Below, piece by piece: positions 9,726 through 18,967 of a stretch of DNA of 64,000 nucleotides (position 1 is its first letter; the number at the start of each line of letters is the position of its first letter). The notes beneath the pieces are model-generated. The model saw only the letters and a program-made list of their open reading frames with translations, ran no database searches and was not told the origin of the DNA. A program made the translations under genes and the position numbers. The stretch covers positions 150,050 through 214,049 of the forward strand of contig NZ_JBBHLB010000005.1 in assembly GCF_037572415.1 (NCBI RefSeq), in the 5' to 3' direction. The stretch comes from Flavonifractor porci (GTDB lineage Bacteria; Bacillota; Clostridia; Oscillospirales; Oscillospiraceae).

Positions 9726-11237
9726 TTATTCCACAGGCGGCATTCCCGGGCCAATCTCCGGGGTCGGTTCCGGAGCGGGTGTGGCTGCCGGCGTAGGCGC
9801 TGGCGTAGGGGTGGGCACCGGGGTCGCAGACGGCTGAGCGCTTGCCACCGGGGTAGATGTGGGCACCGGGGTTGCCGAGGGCTGAGCACTGGCCGCCGGG
9901 CTGTTACTGGGCTTGGGGGTAGCAGTTACCTCCGGCTTGGGGGTACTGCTGGGCTTGGGGGTGGAGGTGCCGGAACCGCTGGAACTGCTCGAACCAGAGG
10001 AACCGGACGAACTGCCGCCCTGAGGCTTGGCAGCGTAGCTATCCTCCACATATCCTCTGGTGGAGGACAGGGACCCATCATCGTTCACACTCATCAGGTC
10101 CAGCTGATCCAGCCGGATGTCTTCCAAATAGGGATTAAAGTAGGTGTTGATCATCTCCAGGGTCTGATTCTGGATGGGGGTCACATAGGACTGCTTGTTG
10201 CCTACCGTCCGGCTGTATACCCAGGCGCCCTCACAAGGCAGAGTCATGAAGTTGACGTTCTCCATGCTCAGCCCGCCCAGAATGGCCTCCTGGGCAAACC
10301 AGGCCAGGTTATTCACGGTAAGGGTACCGCGGGTATCCACATTGTTAAAAAAGATCTGGGCCAGGGCGGGGATCTTGTCCACAGTCAGGTTGTTCAGACA
10401 GGTCTCGATGACCGCTTTCAGGAAATCCTGCTGGGTCTGAATGCGGCCCAGATCGCCGGAGGGATAGCCGCCGTAGACGATCAGCTTGCCGTTTTCAATC
10501 TTGTTGTTCTTCCGCCAGCGCAGCAGCTGCATGGCCTCGTCACCGTCGATCTCCTGGGGACCGGCTTTCAGATGGATGTAGAGATCCTGAGTGCCGTCAT
10601 CATAATTCATATCATAGGGCACGTCAAACCACACCGGCCCGATGGCGTCCACCAACTCGCCCACAGCCTCCCATTCCACCACCATGGTGAAGTCGGGCTG
10701 GAATCCGATGAGGTAGGAGATCTCCTCCTTCAAATAGTCGATGCCGTCCTTGTCATACTTGGGAGCCCAGTTGTAGACGGAATTGATCTTCTTCACGTCC
10801 CAGGGCACATTGACCATGGTATCACGGGGAATATTCAGCACATTGAGCTGCTGGTTGGGAATGTCGTAGGACATGACCATAATGGTGTCGGTGTTGCCGC
10901 CGCCGCCGGTATCCCGTCCCACCACCAGGAAGGTGTAGAACTCCTCCTTCCGGTCGCCGGACAGTTTGGGTCCCGTCATCTCCATTCCGGCAGAGGCCTG
11001 AGCGTCGGGCGGGGTCACACTGGGAATCTGCGGCTTGACCACCAGGAGTTTATAAGCGACGAACAAAACCACAATCAGTGCAGCGATGACCGTCAATACA
11101 ATAAAGAAAATGCGCAGCGCCTTTTCCTTTGGGGAGCGCTGGGGCTTCGGCTTTTTCTGCTTGGGGGCTTTGGGCGGCTTTTGCTCTTTCGCGAGCCGGG
11201 CGCCGCCGCGGCTGTTCTTTTTCTCTTCCGGGTTCAT
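9726..11237 (-). CDS. LCP (LytR-CpsA-Psr) family cell-envelope phosphotransferase with a Pro/Thr/Ala-rich tail
   Basis: N-terminal TM helix and LCP core (FLVVGRDTGGGGNTDTIMVMSYD…). The C-terminal low-complexity tail is encoded by a ~48-bp tandem DNA repeat at 9790-9900. Confidence 0.8.
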   Translation of the reverse strand: MNPEEKKNSRGGARLAKEQKPPKAPKQKKPKPQRSPKEKALRIFFIVLTVIAALIVVLFVAYKLLVVKPQIPSVTPPDAQASAGMEMTGPKLSGDRKEEFYTFLVVGRDTGGGGNTDTIMVMSYDIPNQQLNVLNIPRDTMVNVPWDVKKINSVYNWAPKYDKDGIDYLKEEISYLIGFQPDFTMVVEWEAVGELVDAIGPVWFDVPYDMNYDDGTQDLYIHLKAGPQEIDGDEAMQLLRWRKNNKIENGKLIVYGGYPSGDLGRIQTQQDFLKAVIETCLNNLTVDKIPALAQIFFNNVDTRGTLTVNNLAWFAQEAILGGLSMENVNFMTLPCEGAWVYSRTVGNKQSYVTPIQNQTLEMINTYFNPYLEDIRLDQLDLMSVNDDGSLSSTRGYVEDSYAAKPQGGSSSGSSGSSSSSGSGTSTPKPSSTPKPEVTATPKPSNSPAASAQPSATPVPTSTPVASAQPSATPVPTPTPAPTPAATPAPEPTPEIGPGMPPVE

Positions 11238-11238
11238 C

Positions 11239-12453
11239 TCAAGGTTCCTTTCTGCTGGATTTGCTCCTCAGCCAGTCCCTGGCCTGCAGCGTGTTGCCGT
11301 GGACCGGCAGGCCCCGGTCCTTCATCTCCTGAATACTCATCTCGCAGCCCAGCAGCACGGCCTGGTCCAGATCCTCATAGGCCAGCTTCCGCAGCTTATC
11401 CACACCGGGGAAATCCCGGTTGGGCTCCATGTAGTCGGCAATGTACAGAATCTTCTCCAGCAGCGTCATATCCGCTTTGCCGGTGGTATGCCAGAAAATC
11501 GCATTGTAAATATCGTCGCTCACTCCATACACATCCCGGGCCACACACGCCCCGGTTTTGGAATGGAGCAGCTTGACAGCACGCTGTTCCAAATCATCCA
11601 GTACGATACCATATTTATGGCATAATTGCAACTGCTCGTCCATCTCCAGATATTTTGTAATATCATGGAGGATACCCGCCCGGCGGGCCTTTTCTTCGTC
11701 GGCGCCCCAGCGGCGGGCCAGACGCACCGCCTCTTCTTCGGTGCCCCGAATGTGGGCGATCCGCTTGGCCCGGATCATGGAGCAGGCGCAGGCCCGCAGT
11801 TCCCGGTCAGGCAGCTGCTTGAGGTCATAGTGAACACCGTAGAGTCCGTGACGGATGATATATCCATATACCGCCGGAGACAGATACTCCTGTCCCTCTC
11901 CCCGGGCCAACAGTTCCCGCAGCTGGGTGGAGGATACGTCTACAATATGGGGCAGCTGGAGCACACAGGTCTTGGCTCCAAGGGTCTTTTGCAGATACTC
12001 CGCCTGGATGTTCAGTGCCTCGCCACTGTCGCTCTGGGTACGGGCAAAGGTACATACCCCCGCCAGGCGGGTGATCCGCTCCGGCTCCCGCCAGTTCTGC
12101 AGGGTAAGAAACATATCGGTACCCATCATCAACCACAGTTCCGCGTCGGGATGCTGTGCGTGGAGCTGCTCCAGGGTATCGGCCGTATAACTCTTCCCGG
12201 GCCGGGTCAACTCCAGATCACTCACCCCGATCTGGTCAGGCAGCAGCAGGCTGTCTGCTGCCAACTCCACCATAGCCAGCCGTTCCCGGGGGCCGGGGCT
12301 GCCCTCAGGCAGTTGCTTGTGGGGCGGCAGCGCCGCTGGAACAAACTGTAAACGGTCCAGTCCCAGCACGTCCATTGCCGCCTGAGCCGAGGTCAAATGC
12401 CCCAAATGGGGTGGATTGAAGGTCCCGCCATAGATGCCCAGCTTCATGACCAT
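11239..12453 (-). CDS. nadD: fused nicotinate-nucleotide adenylyltransferase (NadD) and HD-domain YqeK-like phosphohydrolase
   Basis: The N-terminal ~200 aa carry GGTFNPPHLGHL (the HxGH motif of NadD). The C-terminal ~190 aa carry an HD-domain YqeK signature (ILHDITKY…YIADYMEPNRDFPGVD). A single ORF covers both with no internal stop. Confidence 0.8.
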   Translation of the reverse strand: MVMKLGIYGGTFNPPHLGHLTSAQAAMDVLGLDRLQFVPAALPPHKQLPEGSPGPRERLAMVELAADSLLLPDQIGVSDLELTRPGKSYTADTLEQLHAQHPDAELWLMMGTDMFLTLQNWREPERITRLAGVCTFARTQSDSGEALNIQAEYLQKTLGAKTCVLQLPHIVDVSSTQLRELLARGEGQEYLSPAVYGYIIRHGLYGVHYDLKQLPDRELRACACSMIRAKRIAHIRGTEEEAVRLARRWGADEEKARRAGILHDITKYLEMDEQLQLCHKYGIVLDDLEQRAVKLLHSKTGACVARDVYGVSDDIYNAIFWHTTGKADMTLLEKILYIADYMEPNRDFPGVDKLRKLAYEDLDQAVLLGCEMSIQEMKDRGLPVHGNTLQARDWLRSKSSRKEP

Positions 12454-12467
12454 GCCCCCCTCGTTTA

Positions 12468-12791
12468 TTATGCTTTGCGCTTTTTGTCCGATACCAGAAT
12501 GATCTTGTCTTTCTTATCCTTTTTGTGGGTTGGACGATACAGAACAAATTTTGTTCCGATCACCTGCACCACATCGCTGCGGGTAACAGCGGCCAGTTCC
12601 TCCGCCGCCTCCCGGCTGGTGAGCATACAATTCTCCAGCACTTTGCCCTTGATGAGTTCCCGGGCCTCCAGCGCGTCGTCAGCCTGCTTCACCAGGTTGT
12701 CGCCGATGCCGTCCTTGCCTATGTGCAGGATGGTGTCAATGCTGTTGGCCAGGCCCCGCAGCTGGGCCCGCTGTTTACTTGTCAATTCCAT
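12468..12791 (-). CDS. yhbY: ribosome assembly RNA-binding protein YhbY (CRS1/YhbY domain)
   Basis: 107 aa with the LTSKQRAQLRGLANSIDTILHIGKDGI motif typical of YhbY, in the conserved synteny with nadD. Confidence 0.8.
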   Translation of the reverse strand: MELTSKQRAQLRGLANSIDTILHIGKDGIGDNLVKQADDALEARELIKGKVLENCMLTSREAAEELAAVTRSDVVQVIGTKFVLYRPTHKKDKKDKIILVSDKKRKA

Positions 12792-13374
12792 TCAGATAAT
12801 TCTCCAATTCTGTTTTAAATTTATTCAGTGCATTTCCCCGGTGGGAAATGGCATTCTTCTCTTCTGCGGTCAGTTCCGCAAAGGTCTTTTTCAGTCCCGG
12901 GATAAAGAACACCGGGTCGTAGCCGAAACCGCCCTCGCCCTTGGGGGCGTAGGCGATGGTGCCGGTGCACTCTCCTCTGGCCTCCACCTTGTCCCCATTG
13001 GGGAAGCAGCAGCAGATGGCGGAGACAAATTTGCCCCGCCGGTCCAGCTGGCCCCGCAGATTCTCCAGCAGCAGCTTGTACCGCCCCACGTCGTCCAGCT
13101 CGGGACCGCCGTAGCGGGCGGAGTACACGCCGGGGGCACCACCCAGAGCGTCCACACACAGGCCGGAGTCGTCGGCAATGGCGGGCAGGCCGGAGGCCTC
13201 ACATACCGCATGGGCCTTCAGCCAGGCATTCTCCTCAAAGGTAGTGCCCGTCTCCTCCACATCCACGTCCACGCCCACTTCGGACTCCAGCACCACGTCC
13301 ACCCCCAGCTGGGAGAGGATGGTCTTCATTTCCACCAGCTTGTGGGCGTTCTTGCTGGCCAATACCATTTTCAT
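12775..13374 (-). CDS. rdgB: non-canonical purine NTP pyrophosphatase (RdgB/HAM1 family, dITP/XTP pyrophosphatase)
   Basis: MKMVLASKNAHKLVEMK… N-terminus plus the GFGYDPVFF motif. It is adjacent to rph, as is usual. Confidence 0.85.
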   Translation of the reverse strand: MKMVLASKNAHKLVEMKTILSQLGVDVVLESEVGVDVDVEETGTTFEENAWLKAHAVCEASGLPAIADDSGLCVDALGGAPGVYSARYGGPELDDVGRYKLLLENLRGQLDRRGKFVSAICCCFPNGDKVEARGECTGTIAYAPKGEGGFGYDPVFFIPGLKKTFAELTAEEKNAISHRGNALNKFKTELENYLNGIDK

Positions 13375-13377
13375 GTC

Positions 13378-14079
13378 TCAGCCCTCCAGTACGTTTTTCT
13401 GGATGGTCTGGAGCTGGGCGATGCCCTTGGCGCACAGATCCACCAGAGCCCGCTGCTCCTCCAGCGTGAAGGCCCGGCCCTCGCCGGTCCCCTGGAGCTC
13501 CACCAGTCTGCCGTCCCCAGTCATCACGCAGTTCAGATCCACCTGAGCGGAGGAGTCCTCCTCATAGCACAGGTCCAGCAGCAGCTGGTCATCCACAATG
13601 CCGGCGGACACCGCAGCCACCTGATCCACCAGAGCGTCAGCAGCACCCACCTTCTTCAGTGCCAGGGCCAGGGCCACATAGCCGCCGGTGACGCTGGCGG
13701 TACGGGTGCCGCCATCCCCCTGGAGCACGTCGCAGTCGATGGTTACAGAGCGCTCACCCAGCTTTTTCATATCCACGCAGGCACGGAGGGACCGGCCCAC
13801 CAGCCGCTGGATCTCCGCCGAGCGGGGAGACAGCTTCAGCTTGGACACGTCCCGCTTGGACCGCTCCCGGTTAGCCCGGGGCAGCATGGAGTACTCGGCG
13901 GTGACCCAGCCCTCCCCCTCGGGAACGTGGGGCGGAGTGCGCTCCTCCACGCTGGCGCAGCACAGCACCTGGGTGTTGCCGCAGCGAATGAGGCAGGAAC
14001 CCTCGGCAAATCTGTTGAAATTAGGAATGATCTCTACAGGCCGCAGCTGGTCCGCCGCCCGTCCGTCAATTCTGGCCAT
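13378..14079 (-). CDS. rph: ribonuclease PH
   Basis: MARIDGRAADQLRPVEI… with conserved RNase PH motifs (CTASVTGGYVAL…). Confidence 0.9.
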   Translation of the reverse strand: MARIDGRAADQLRPVEIIPNFNRFAEGSCLIRCGNTQVLCCASVEERTPPHVPEGEGWVTAEYSMLPRANRERSKRDVSKLKLSPRSAEIQRLVGRSLRACVDMKKLGERSVTIDCDVLQGDGGTRTASVTGGYVALALALKKVGAADALVDQVAAVSAGIVDDQLLLDLCYEEDSSAQVDLNCVMTGDGRLVELQGTGEGRAFTLEEQRALVDLCAKGIAQLQTIQKNVLEG

Positions 14080-14094
14080 ATCAGATAACCTCCC

Positions 14095-14994
14095 TTAAAT
14101 CAGCGCTTCCACAAAGGCCTCCGCTTCAAAGGGCATCAGATCGTCAATGCCCTCGCCTACGCCGATGTACTTCACCGGCACCTGGAGCTCCTGAGCGATG
14201 GCGATGACGATGCCGCCCTTGGCGGAGCCGTCCAGCTTGGTGAGGACGATACCGGTGATACCGGCAGCCTCCTTGAACTGCTTGGCCTGGATCAGGCCGT
14301 TCTGGCCGGTGGTGGCGTCCAGCACCAGCAGAGTCTCCCGGTCGCAGCCGGGCAGCTCCCGGTCCACCACCCGGGAGATCTTGTTGAGCTCGTTCATCAG
14401 GTTCTGCTTGTTGTGCAGCCGGCCGGCGGTGTCGATGAGGATGACATTGGTGCCTCTGGCCTTGGCGGCGGTGAGCGCGTCAAAGACCACGGCGGCGGGG
14501 TCGGCCCCCTCATGCTGGCGGACGATCTCCACCCCGGAGCGCTGGCTCCAGATCTCCAGCTGGTCGGCGGCGGCGGCCCGGAAGGTGTCGGCAGCAGCCA
14601 TCAGCACCCGCCTGCCCTCCCCCTTCATTTTGGCGGCCAGCTTGCCGATGGTGGTGGTCTTGCCCACGCCGTTCACACCGATGAACAGGGCCACCGAGGG
14701 GGTGGTGGTGAGGTGGAGCTCCGGCTCGCCCACCTGGAGCATCTCGGTGAGCACCCGCCGCAGGCAGGCCCGGGCGGAGTCCATATCCTTGATTTTCTCC
14801 TCCTTCACCCGGCGGCGCAGCTCTTCCACCGCCTTCAGGGTGGTGTCCACGCCCATGTCGCCCAGGATCAGGGTCTCCTCCAGCTCGTCGTAGAAGTCGT
14901 CGTTGAGCTCACCGGCAAACAGCTGGTCGATGGAGTGCCCGATGTTCTCCTTGGTGCGGGTCAAACCCGCCTTGATCTTTGCAAAAAAGCCCAT
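14095..14994 (-). CDS. ftsY: signal recognition particle receptor FtsY (short form, NG domains)
   Basis: GTPase motifs GVNGVGKTTTIGKLA, DTAGR and TKLD. The start is taken at the internal MGFFAKIK (M66 of the tracked ORF); the upstream extension would run into the repeat element. Confidence 0.85.
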   Translation of the reverse strand: MGFFAKIKAGLTRTKENIGHSIDQLFAGELNDDFYDELEETLILGDMGVDTTLKAVEELRRRVKEEKIKDMDSARACLRRVLTEMLQVGEPELHLTTTPSVALFIGVNGVGKTTTIGKLAAKMKGEGRRVLMAAADTFRAAAADQLEIWSQRSGVEIVRQHEGADPAAVVFDALTAAKARGTNVILIDTAGRLHNKQNLMNELNKISRVVDRELPGCDRETLLVLDATTGQNGLIQAKQFKEAAGITGIVLTKLDGSAKGGIVIAIAQELQVPVKYIGVGEGIDDLMPFEAEAFVEALI

Positions 14995-15035
14995 ATTGAT
15001 TTTGGTTCCTTTCGGTTGTTGATAAAACTGCCGCC

Positions 15036-15095
15036 TTATTTGATATGCAGTTCTTTTTCCACATCGTTCAGGTTGATGGTGAGCATCCGGCTGAT
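15036..15095 (-). repeat. displaced, diverged copy of the last ~57 nt of smc, including a TAA stop (encodes …ISRMLTINLNDVEKELHIK*)
   Basis: ~88% identical to 15258-15317, the true smc 3' end encoding …VSRMLTINLNDVEKELHIK*. It is separated from the true end by the 162-bp element. Confidence 0.75.
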
Positions 15096-15257
15096 CCCCC
15101 GCCCAGCCAAGGCTGGGCGGGGACCCCTTGATTTTACTCAAATCGCCGGAAATGAATCCCGGCGATTTCAAGGTTTTTCCCCAGGGCAAAACACTTGACG
15201 GCGCAAGCGCCGCCCCGCCTTCGGCGGGTGGGCGTCAGCCACCAACCCGTAAAGATA
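15096..15257 (-). repeat. copy A of a structured ~150-210 bp non-coding element family, inserted exactly at the smc stop codon
   Basis: Contains a GGGGACCCC motif preceded by a palindrome (CCCGCCCAGCC-AA-GGCTGGGCGGG), a core hairpin with an AATGAAT loop, and a GC hairpin (CGCCCCGCCTTCGGCGGGTGGGCG). It is homologous to the elements at 21860-22005, 42819-42984 and 47121-47332. Confidence 0.65.
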
Positions 15258-18200
15258 TCACTTAATGTGCAGTTCTTTCTCCACATCGTTCAGGTTGATA
15301 GTCAGCATCCGGCTGACGCCCTGCTCCTGCATGGTGACGCCATAGAGGACATCCGCTTCCTCCATGGTACCGCGGCGGTGGGTGATGACGATAAACTGAG
15401 TCTTGTCCGCCATCTGCCGCATATAGTGGGCAAAGCGCACCACGTTGGCGTCGTCCAGGGCGGCCTCGATCTCGTCCATCACTACAAAGGGAGTGGGCCG
15501 CACCTTCAGAATGGCAAAATAGAGGGCGATGGCCACGAAGGCCTTCTCGCCGCCGGACAGCAGGGAGAGCACCTTCAGCGCCTTGCCGGGGGGCTGCACC
15601 TTGATCTCGATGCCGCAGTTGAGGATATCATTGGGGTCCTCCAGCTCCAGAGTGGCCTTACCGCCCTGGAACAGCTCCGTAAAGGTCTGCTGGAAAGACT
15701 CGTTGAGCACGGCAAACTGCTTGGCAAAGATAGCGCGCATCTCCTCCGTGATATCGGCGATGATGCCCTCCAGCTCCTTTTTGGACTTCTGCACATCGTC
15801 CCGCTGGTCGGTGAGGTAGGTATAGCGCTCGTTGATACGCTGGAACTCGTCGATGGCGTCCAGGTTGATGTTGCCCAGAGAGGAAATGGACTTTTTCAGC
15901 TCTCCCACCCGGCGCTGGGCCTTGGGGACGCTCTCCAGCTCCACCCGCTGGGCCATGGCCGCCTGGTGGGACAGCTCGTAGGTCTCCCACAGCTTCTCCA
16001 GCAGGTTCTTCTCCTCCATGGCGGCGGCAGCCTTCTTCTGCTCCAGCACCGACACCTCCCGCTCCAGGTTGAGCAGGGCGCTGTTCTTGTCCCGGGCATC
16101 CTTGTCTGCCTGGTTGCGCTGGGCCTCCAGGGCCAGTTTCTCGTCGTTGATGCGGCTGATGGCGGCCTGGCGGTCCTGGTTTTCCAGTCGGATGTCCTGG
16201 AGCTGACGCTCCTTCTCCGCAATCTCCCGCTCCAGATCGGCGTTCTTCTCCTGGAACTGGGTAAGCATCCGCTCTCGCTCGGCCTTGTCGCCGGTCAGAT
16301 CCCGGCGCAGCTCTTCCAGTTCGGTCATGGACTTCCGGGCGGCCTGGGCCTCCGCCTCCAGGGCGGCCAGACGCATATTCAGTTCGGCAATGGCCTCGCC
16401 CAAAGCCGTAGCCTTCTCCTGGGCTTCGCTCTGGCCTCTGGCCTTACCCTCCGCCTCGGCCCGCAGGGCGGCGGCGGCTCCCTCCAGGGACTCCACCCGG
16501 GCGCGGGCGGCACGGGTATCCGCCTCGATCTGGGCAGAACGTGCCTGGAGCTGTTCCAGCTCACTCTTCTGGTCGGCACGCTGCTTCTTCAAATCGGCCA
16601 GCTGGGTATCCAAATGGCCCAGGCGCTCCTCCAGCTTAAGGATGTCGTCCTCATGGCGGCGCTGCTGGGCCTGAGCCGTCTCCATCTCGTAGGCGGCGGC
16701 GGTAGCCTCCCGCTTGGCCTCCTCCATGACGTGGGCCGCGTCGGCCAGCTGCTGGGCCACGCCGGTGCGCTGCTGAGCCAGCCGCTCCAACTCGTTGGCC
16801 CGGCTCAGAATGCCCGCGCTGCGGGACGCCGAACCGCCGGTCATGGAACCGCCGGGGTTGAGCACCTGGCCGTCCAGAGTGACGATCTTAAAGCGGTAGT
16901 TGTATTTGCGGGCCATGGCAATGGCCTTGTCCATATCCTCGGCCACCACGGTGCGGCCCAGCAGGTTGGAAAAGATCTTCTCATACCGGGGATCGAACTG
17001 GATGAGTTCGTTGCCCAGGCCTACAAAGCCGGGTTCCCTGCGCACGCCCTGATCCCGGAAGTCGGAGGGCCGCATGGAGGTCACGGGCAGGAAGGTGCTC
17101 CGGCCGCCGTCCCGGCGCTTCAGGTACTGAATGGCGGCCTTGCCGTCCTCCTCCCGCTCCACCACAATATGCTGCATGGCGCCCCCCAGGGCGATCTCGA
17201 TGGCTACCGTACAGGCGTCAGGCACATGGATGAGTCCGGCTACCGGGCCGTGGATGCCCCGAAGCTGGCCCTTCTTGGCCTCCCCCATCACCAGCTTTAC
17301 CGCTTTGGAGTAGCCCTCATACATCTTTTCCATCTCGGAGAGCATATGGATGCGGGAGTTCAGGGCGTTGTCCTCCATCTGGAGTTTGACGTGGCGCTCC
17401 TCCGCTTCCCTGGCCTTCCGCTGCCGGGTCTCCAGCCGCAGGGCGTAACCGCTGATGATGTTCTGTAAGCTGTCCCGGTCCTCCCTGGCCTGGTCCAGCT
17501 CCTGGGCGGCCTGACGGCGGGTCTCCTCCGCCTCATGGAGCCGCTCCTCACCGGAAGCCAGCTCCTGACGCATGGCCTCGTCCCGGTCCAACACCTCCTG
17601 GGCGGCAGCGGCCAGGGCGGAAATGAGGGCCTTGGCGTCGGCGGCGGAGGCGTTCTCCACCGCCTCCTTCCGGCGCAGGTCCTCCAGCTCCTGGGCAATG
17701 GCCCCGGCGGAGCGGCTGGCGGAGGCAGCCTCATTCTGGCGGTCAGCCAGCTGCTGCCGCAGGCCGGCGGTCTGGCCTTCCAGCTCCTCCAGCCGGGTCT
17801 TGCGCTCCCCGATCTGGGCGGCGATGGAGTCAGCCCGGCCCTCCTGCTGCTCCAGCTCCCGCTGGATGCGGTCCCGGTTCTCCAGGTTGTTCTGAATATT
17901 GGTTTTGAGGACGGCGATAGCGTTTTCCAGGCTGTTGGCATCGGCCTCCCGCTGCATCATTTGGAAGCGGACGCCCTCGGTCTCCACGTCCTTGTCCCGC
18001 ATCTGAGCGGAGAATGCCTCAGCGGCGGCGTACAGGTCCTCCACCTGCTGCTGGACCTCCCCCTTCTGACGGAGGGCATTCTCGTAGTCGGACAGGGTCT
18101 TGCGGGACCCGGAACGAATCTTCTCCAGCTGGTCCAGCCACAGGGAAATCTCCAGCCCACGCAGCTCGTCCCGCAGGATGAGGAACTTCCTGGCCTTCTC

Positions 18201-18845
18201 GCTCTGCTGGCGGAGAGGTTCTACCTGGAACTCCAGCTCATCGATCTTGTCGGTGATACGCACCAGGTTCTCCTGCGTGCGCTCCAGCTTGCGCTCGGCC
18301 TCCTCCTTCCGGTGGCGGAAGCGGGAGATACCGGCGGCCTCCTCAAAAATCTCCCGGCGATCGCCGCTCTTCACCGACAGGATCTCGTCGATACGGCCCT
18401 GACCGATGATGGAATAGCCCTCCCGGCCCAGGCCGGTGTCCATGAACAGCTCGTTCACGTCCTTCAGGCGGACGGAACGGCGGTTGATGTAGTACTCACT
18501 CTCGCCGGAGCGGTAGTACCGGCGGGTGACCATGACCTCGCTCTCCTCCAGCGGGAAGATGTGGTCGGTATTGTCCAGCACCAGGGACACCTCGGCAAAG
18601 CCCTGCTGCTTGCGCAGGGCGGTACCGCCGAAGATCACATCCTCCATCTTACCGCCACGGAGGGCCTTGGTGGACTGCTCCCCCATGACCCAGCGGATGG
18701 CGTCGGAGATATTCGATTTTCCGCTGCCGTTGGGACCAACGATAGCGGTGATGTCCTCCCCGAAGGAGAGGACCGTTTTATCCGGGAATGATTTGAATCC
18801 CTGGATCTCCAGCGCTTTTAAATACAAGGCGGCACCTCGCAACAC
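15258..18845 (-). CDS. smc: chromosome segregation protein SMC
   Basis: 1195 aa with an N-terminal Walker A (GPNGSGKSN), long coiled coils, a hinge, and a C-terminal signature (LSGGEKA) with Walker B (DEIEAALD). Confidence 0.95.
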   Translation of the reverse strand: MLRGAALYLKALEIQGFKSFPDKTVLSFGEDITAIVGPNGSGKSNISDAIRWVMGEQSTKALRGGKMEDVIFGGTALRKQQGFAEVSLVLDNTDHIFPLEESEVMVTRRYYRSGESEYYINRRSVRLKDVNELFMDTGLGREGYSIIGQGRIDEILSVKSGDRREIFEEAAGISRFRHRKEEAERKLERTQENLVRITDKIDELEFQVEPLRQQSEKARKFLILRDELRGLEISLWLDQLEKIRSGSRKTLSDYENALRQKGEVQQQVEDLYAAAEAFSAQMRDKDVETEGVRFQMMQREADANSLENAIAVLKTNIQNNLENRDRIQRELEQQEGRADSIAAQIGERKTRLEELEGQTAGLRQQLADRQNEAASASRSAGAIAQELEDLRRKEAVENASAADAKALISALAAAAQEVLDRDEAMRQELASGEERLHEAEETRRQAAQELDQAREDRDSLQNIISGYALRLETRQRKAREAEERHVKLQMEDNALNSRIHMLSEMEKMYEGYSKAVKLVMGEAKKGQLRGIHGPVAGLIHVPDACTVAIEIALGGAMQHIVVEREEDGKAAIQYLKRRDGGRSTFLPVTSMRPSDFRDQGVRREPGFVGLGNELIQFDPRYEKIFSNLLGRTVVAEDMDKAIAMARKYNYRFKIVTLDGQVLNPGGSMTGGSASRSAGILSRANELERLAQQRTGVAQQLADAAHVMEEAKREATAAAYEMETAQAQQRRHEDDILKLEERLGHLDTQLADLKKQRADQKSELEQLQARSAQIEADTRAARARVESLEGAAAALRAEAEGKARGQSEAQEKATALGEAIAELNMRLAALEAEAQAARKSMTELEELRRDLTGDKAERERMLTQFQEKNADLEREIAEKERQLQDIRLENQDRQAAISRINDEKLALEAQRNQADKDARDKNSALLNLEREVSVLEQKKAAAAMEEKNLLEKLWETYELSHQAAMAQRVELESVPKAQRRVGELKKSISSLGNINLDAIDEFQRINERYTYLTDQRDDVQKSKKELEGIIADITEEMRAIFAKQFAVLNESFQQTFTELFQGGKATLELEDPNDILNCGIEIKVQPPGKALKVLSLLSGGEKAFVAIALYFAILKVRPTPFVVMDEIEAALDDANVVRFAHYMRQMADKTQFIVITHRRGTMEEADVLYGVTMQEQGVSRMLTINLNDVEKELHIK

Positions 18846-18917
18846 ATATACTTCTGAATAAAGTATTATATCAAGGAATGGAGGCTATTGCAAATCCTTT
18901 TGCCCCCGAAACACATA

Positions 18918-18950
18918 AAACAGGACTGCGGATGATCCGCAGTCCTGTTT
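18918..18950. terminator. terminator hairpin AAACAGGACTGCGGAT-GATCCGCAGTCCTGTTT downstream of rnc
   Basis: Perfect stem followed by a T run on the relevant strand. Confidence 0.65.
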
Positions 18951-18967
18951 CTTTCCAGTTGATGCCC

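Noticed and set aside
9790-9900. ~48-bp tandem DNA repeat
   Set aside because: It lies inside the LCP gene and encodes the Pro/Thr/Ala-rich C-terminal linker (…ASAQPSATPVPTSTPV ASAQPSATPVPTPTPA…). It is an in-frame protein-coding repeat, not an independent element or a CRISPR array.
15036-15257. Possibility that the duplicated smc, trmFO and gdhA ends are simple target-site duplications of an IS or MITE
   Set aside because: Not fully rejected. Duplications of 38-70 bp are far longer than any known transposase TSD (typically ≤14 bp). At smc and trmFO the copies differ almost only by synonymous changes, which a decaying TSD would not show. The element therefore seems to have carried a gene 3' end with it, but the mechanism is still unknown.
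15195-17468. 757-aa plus-strand ORF, and the 17535..18791 ORF, antisense to smc
   Set aside because: Antisense to a confidently identified smc. The products are low-complexity with no motifs. High GC suppresses stop codons in the wrong frames.
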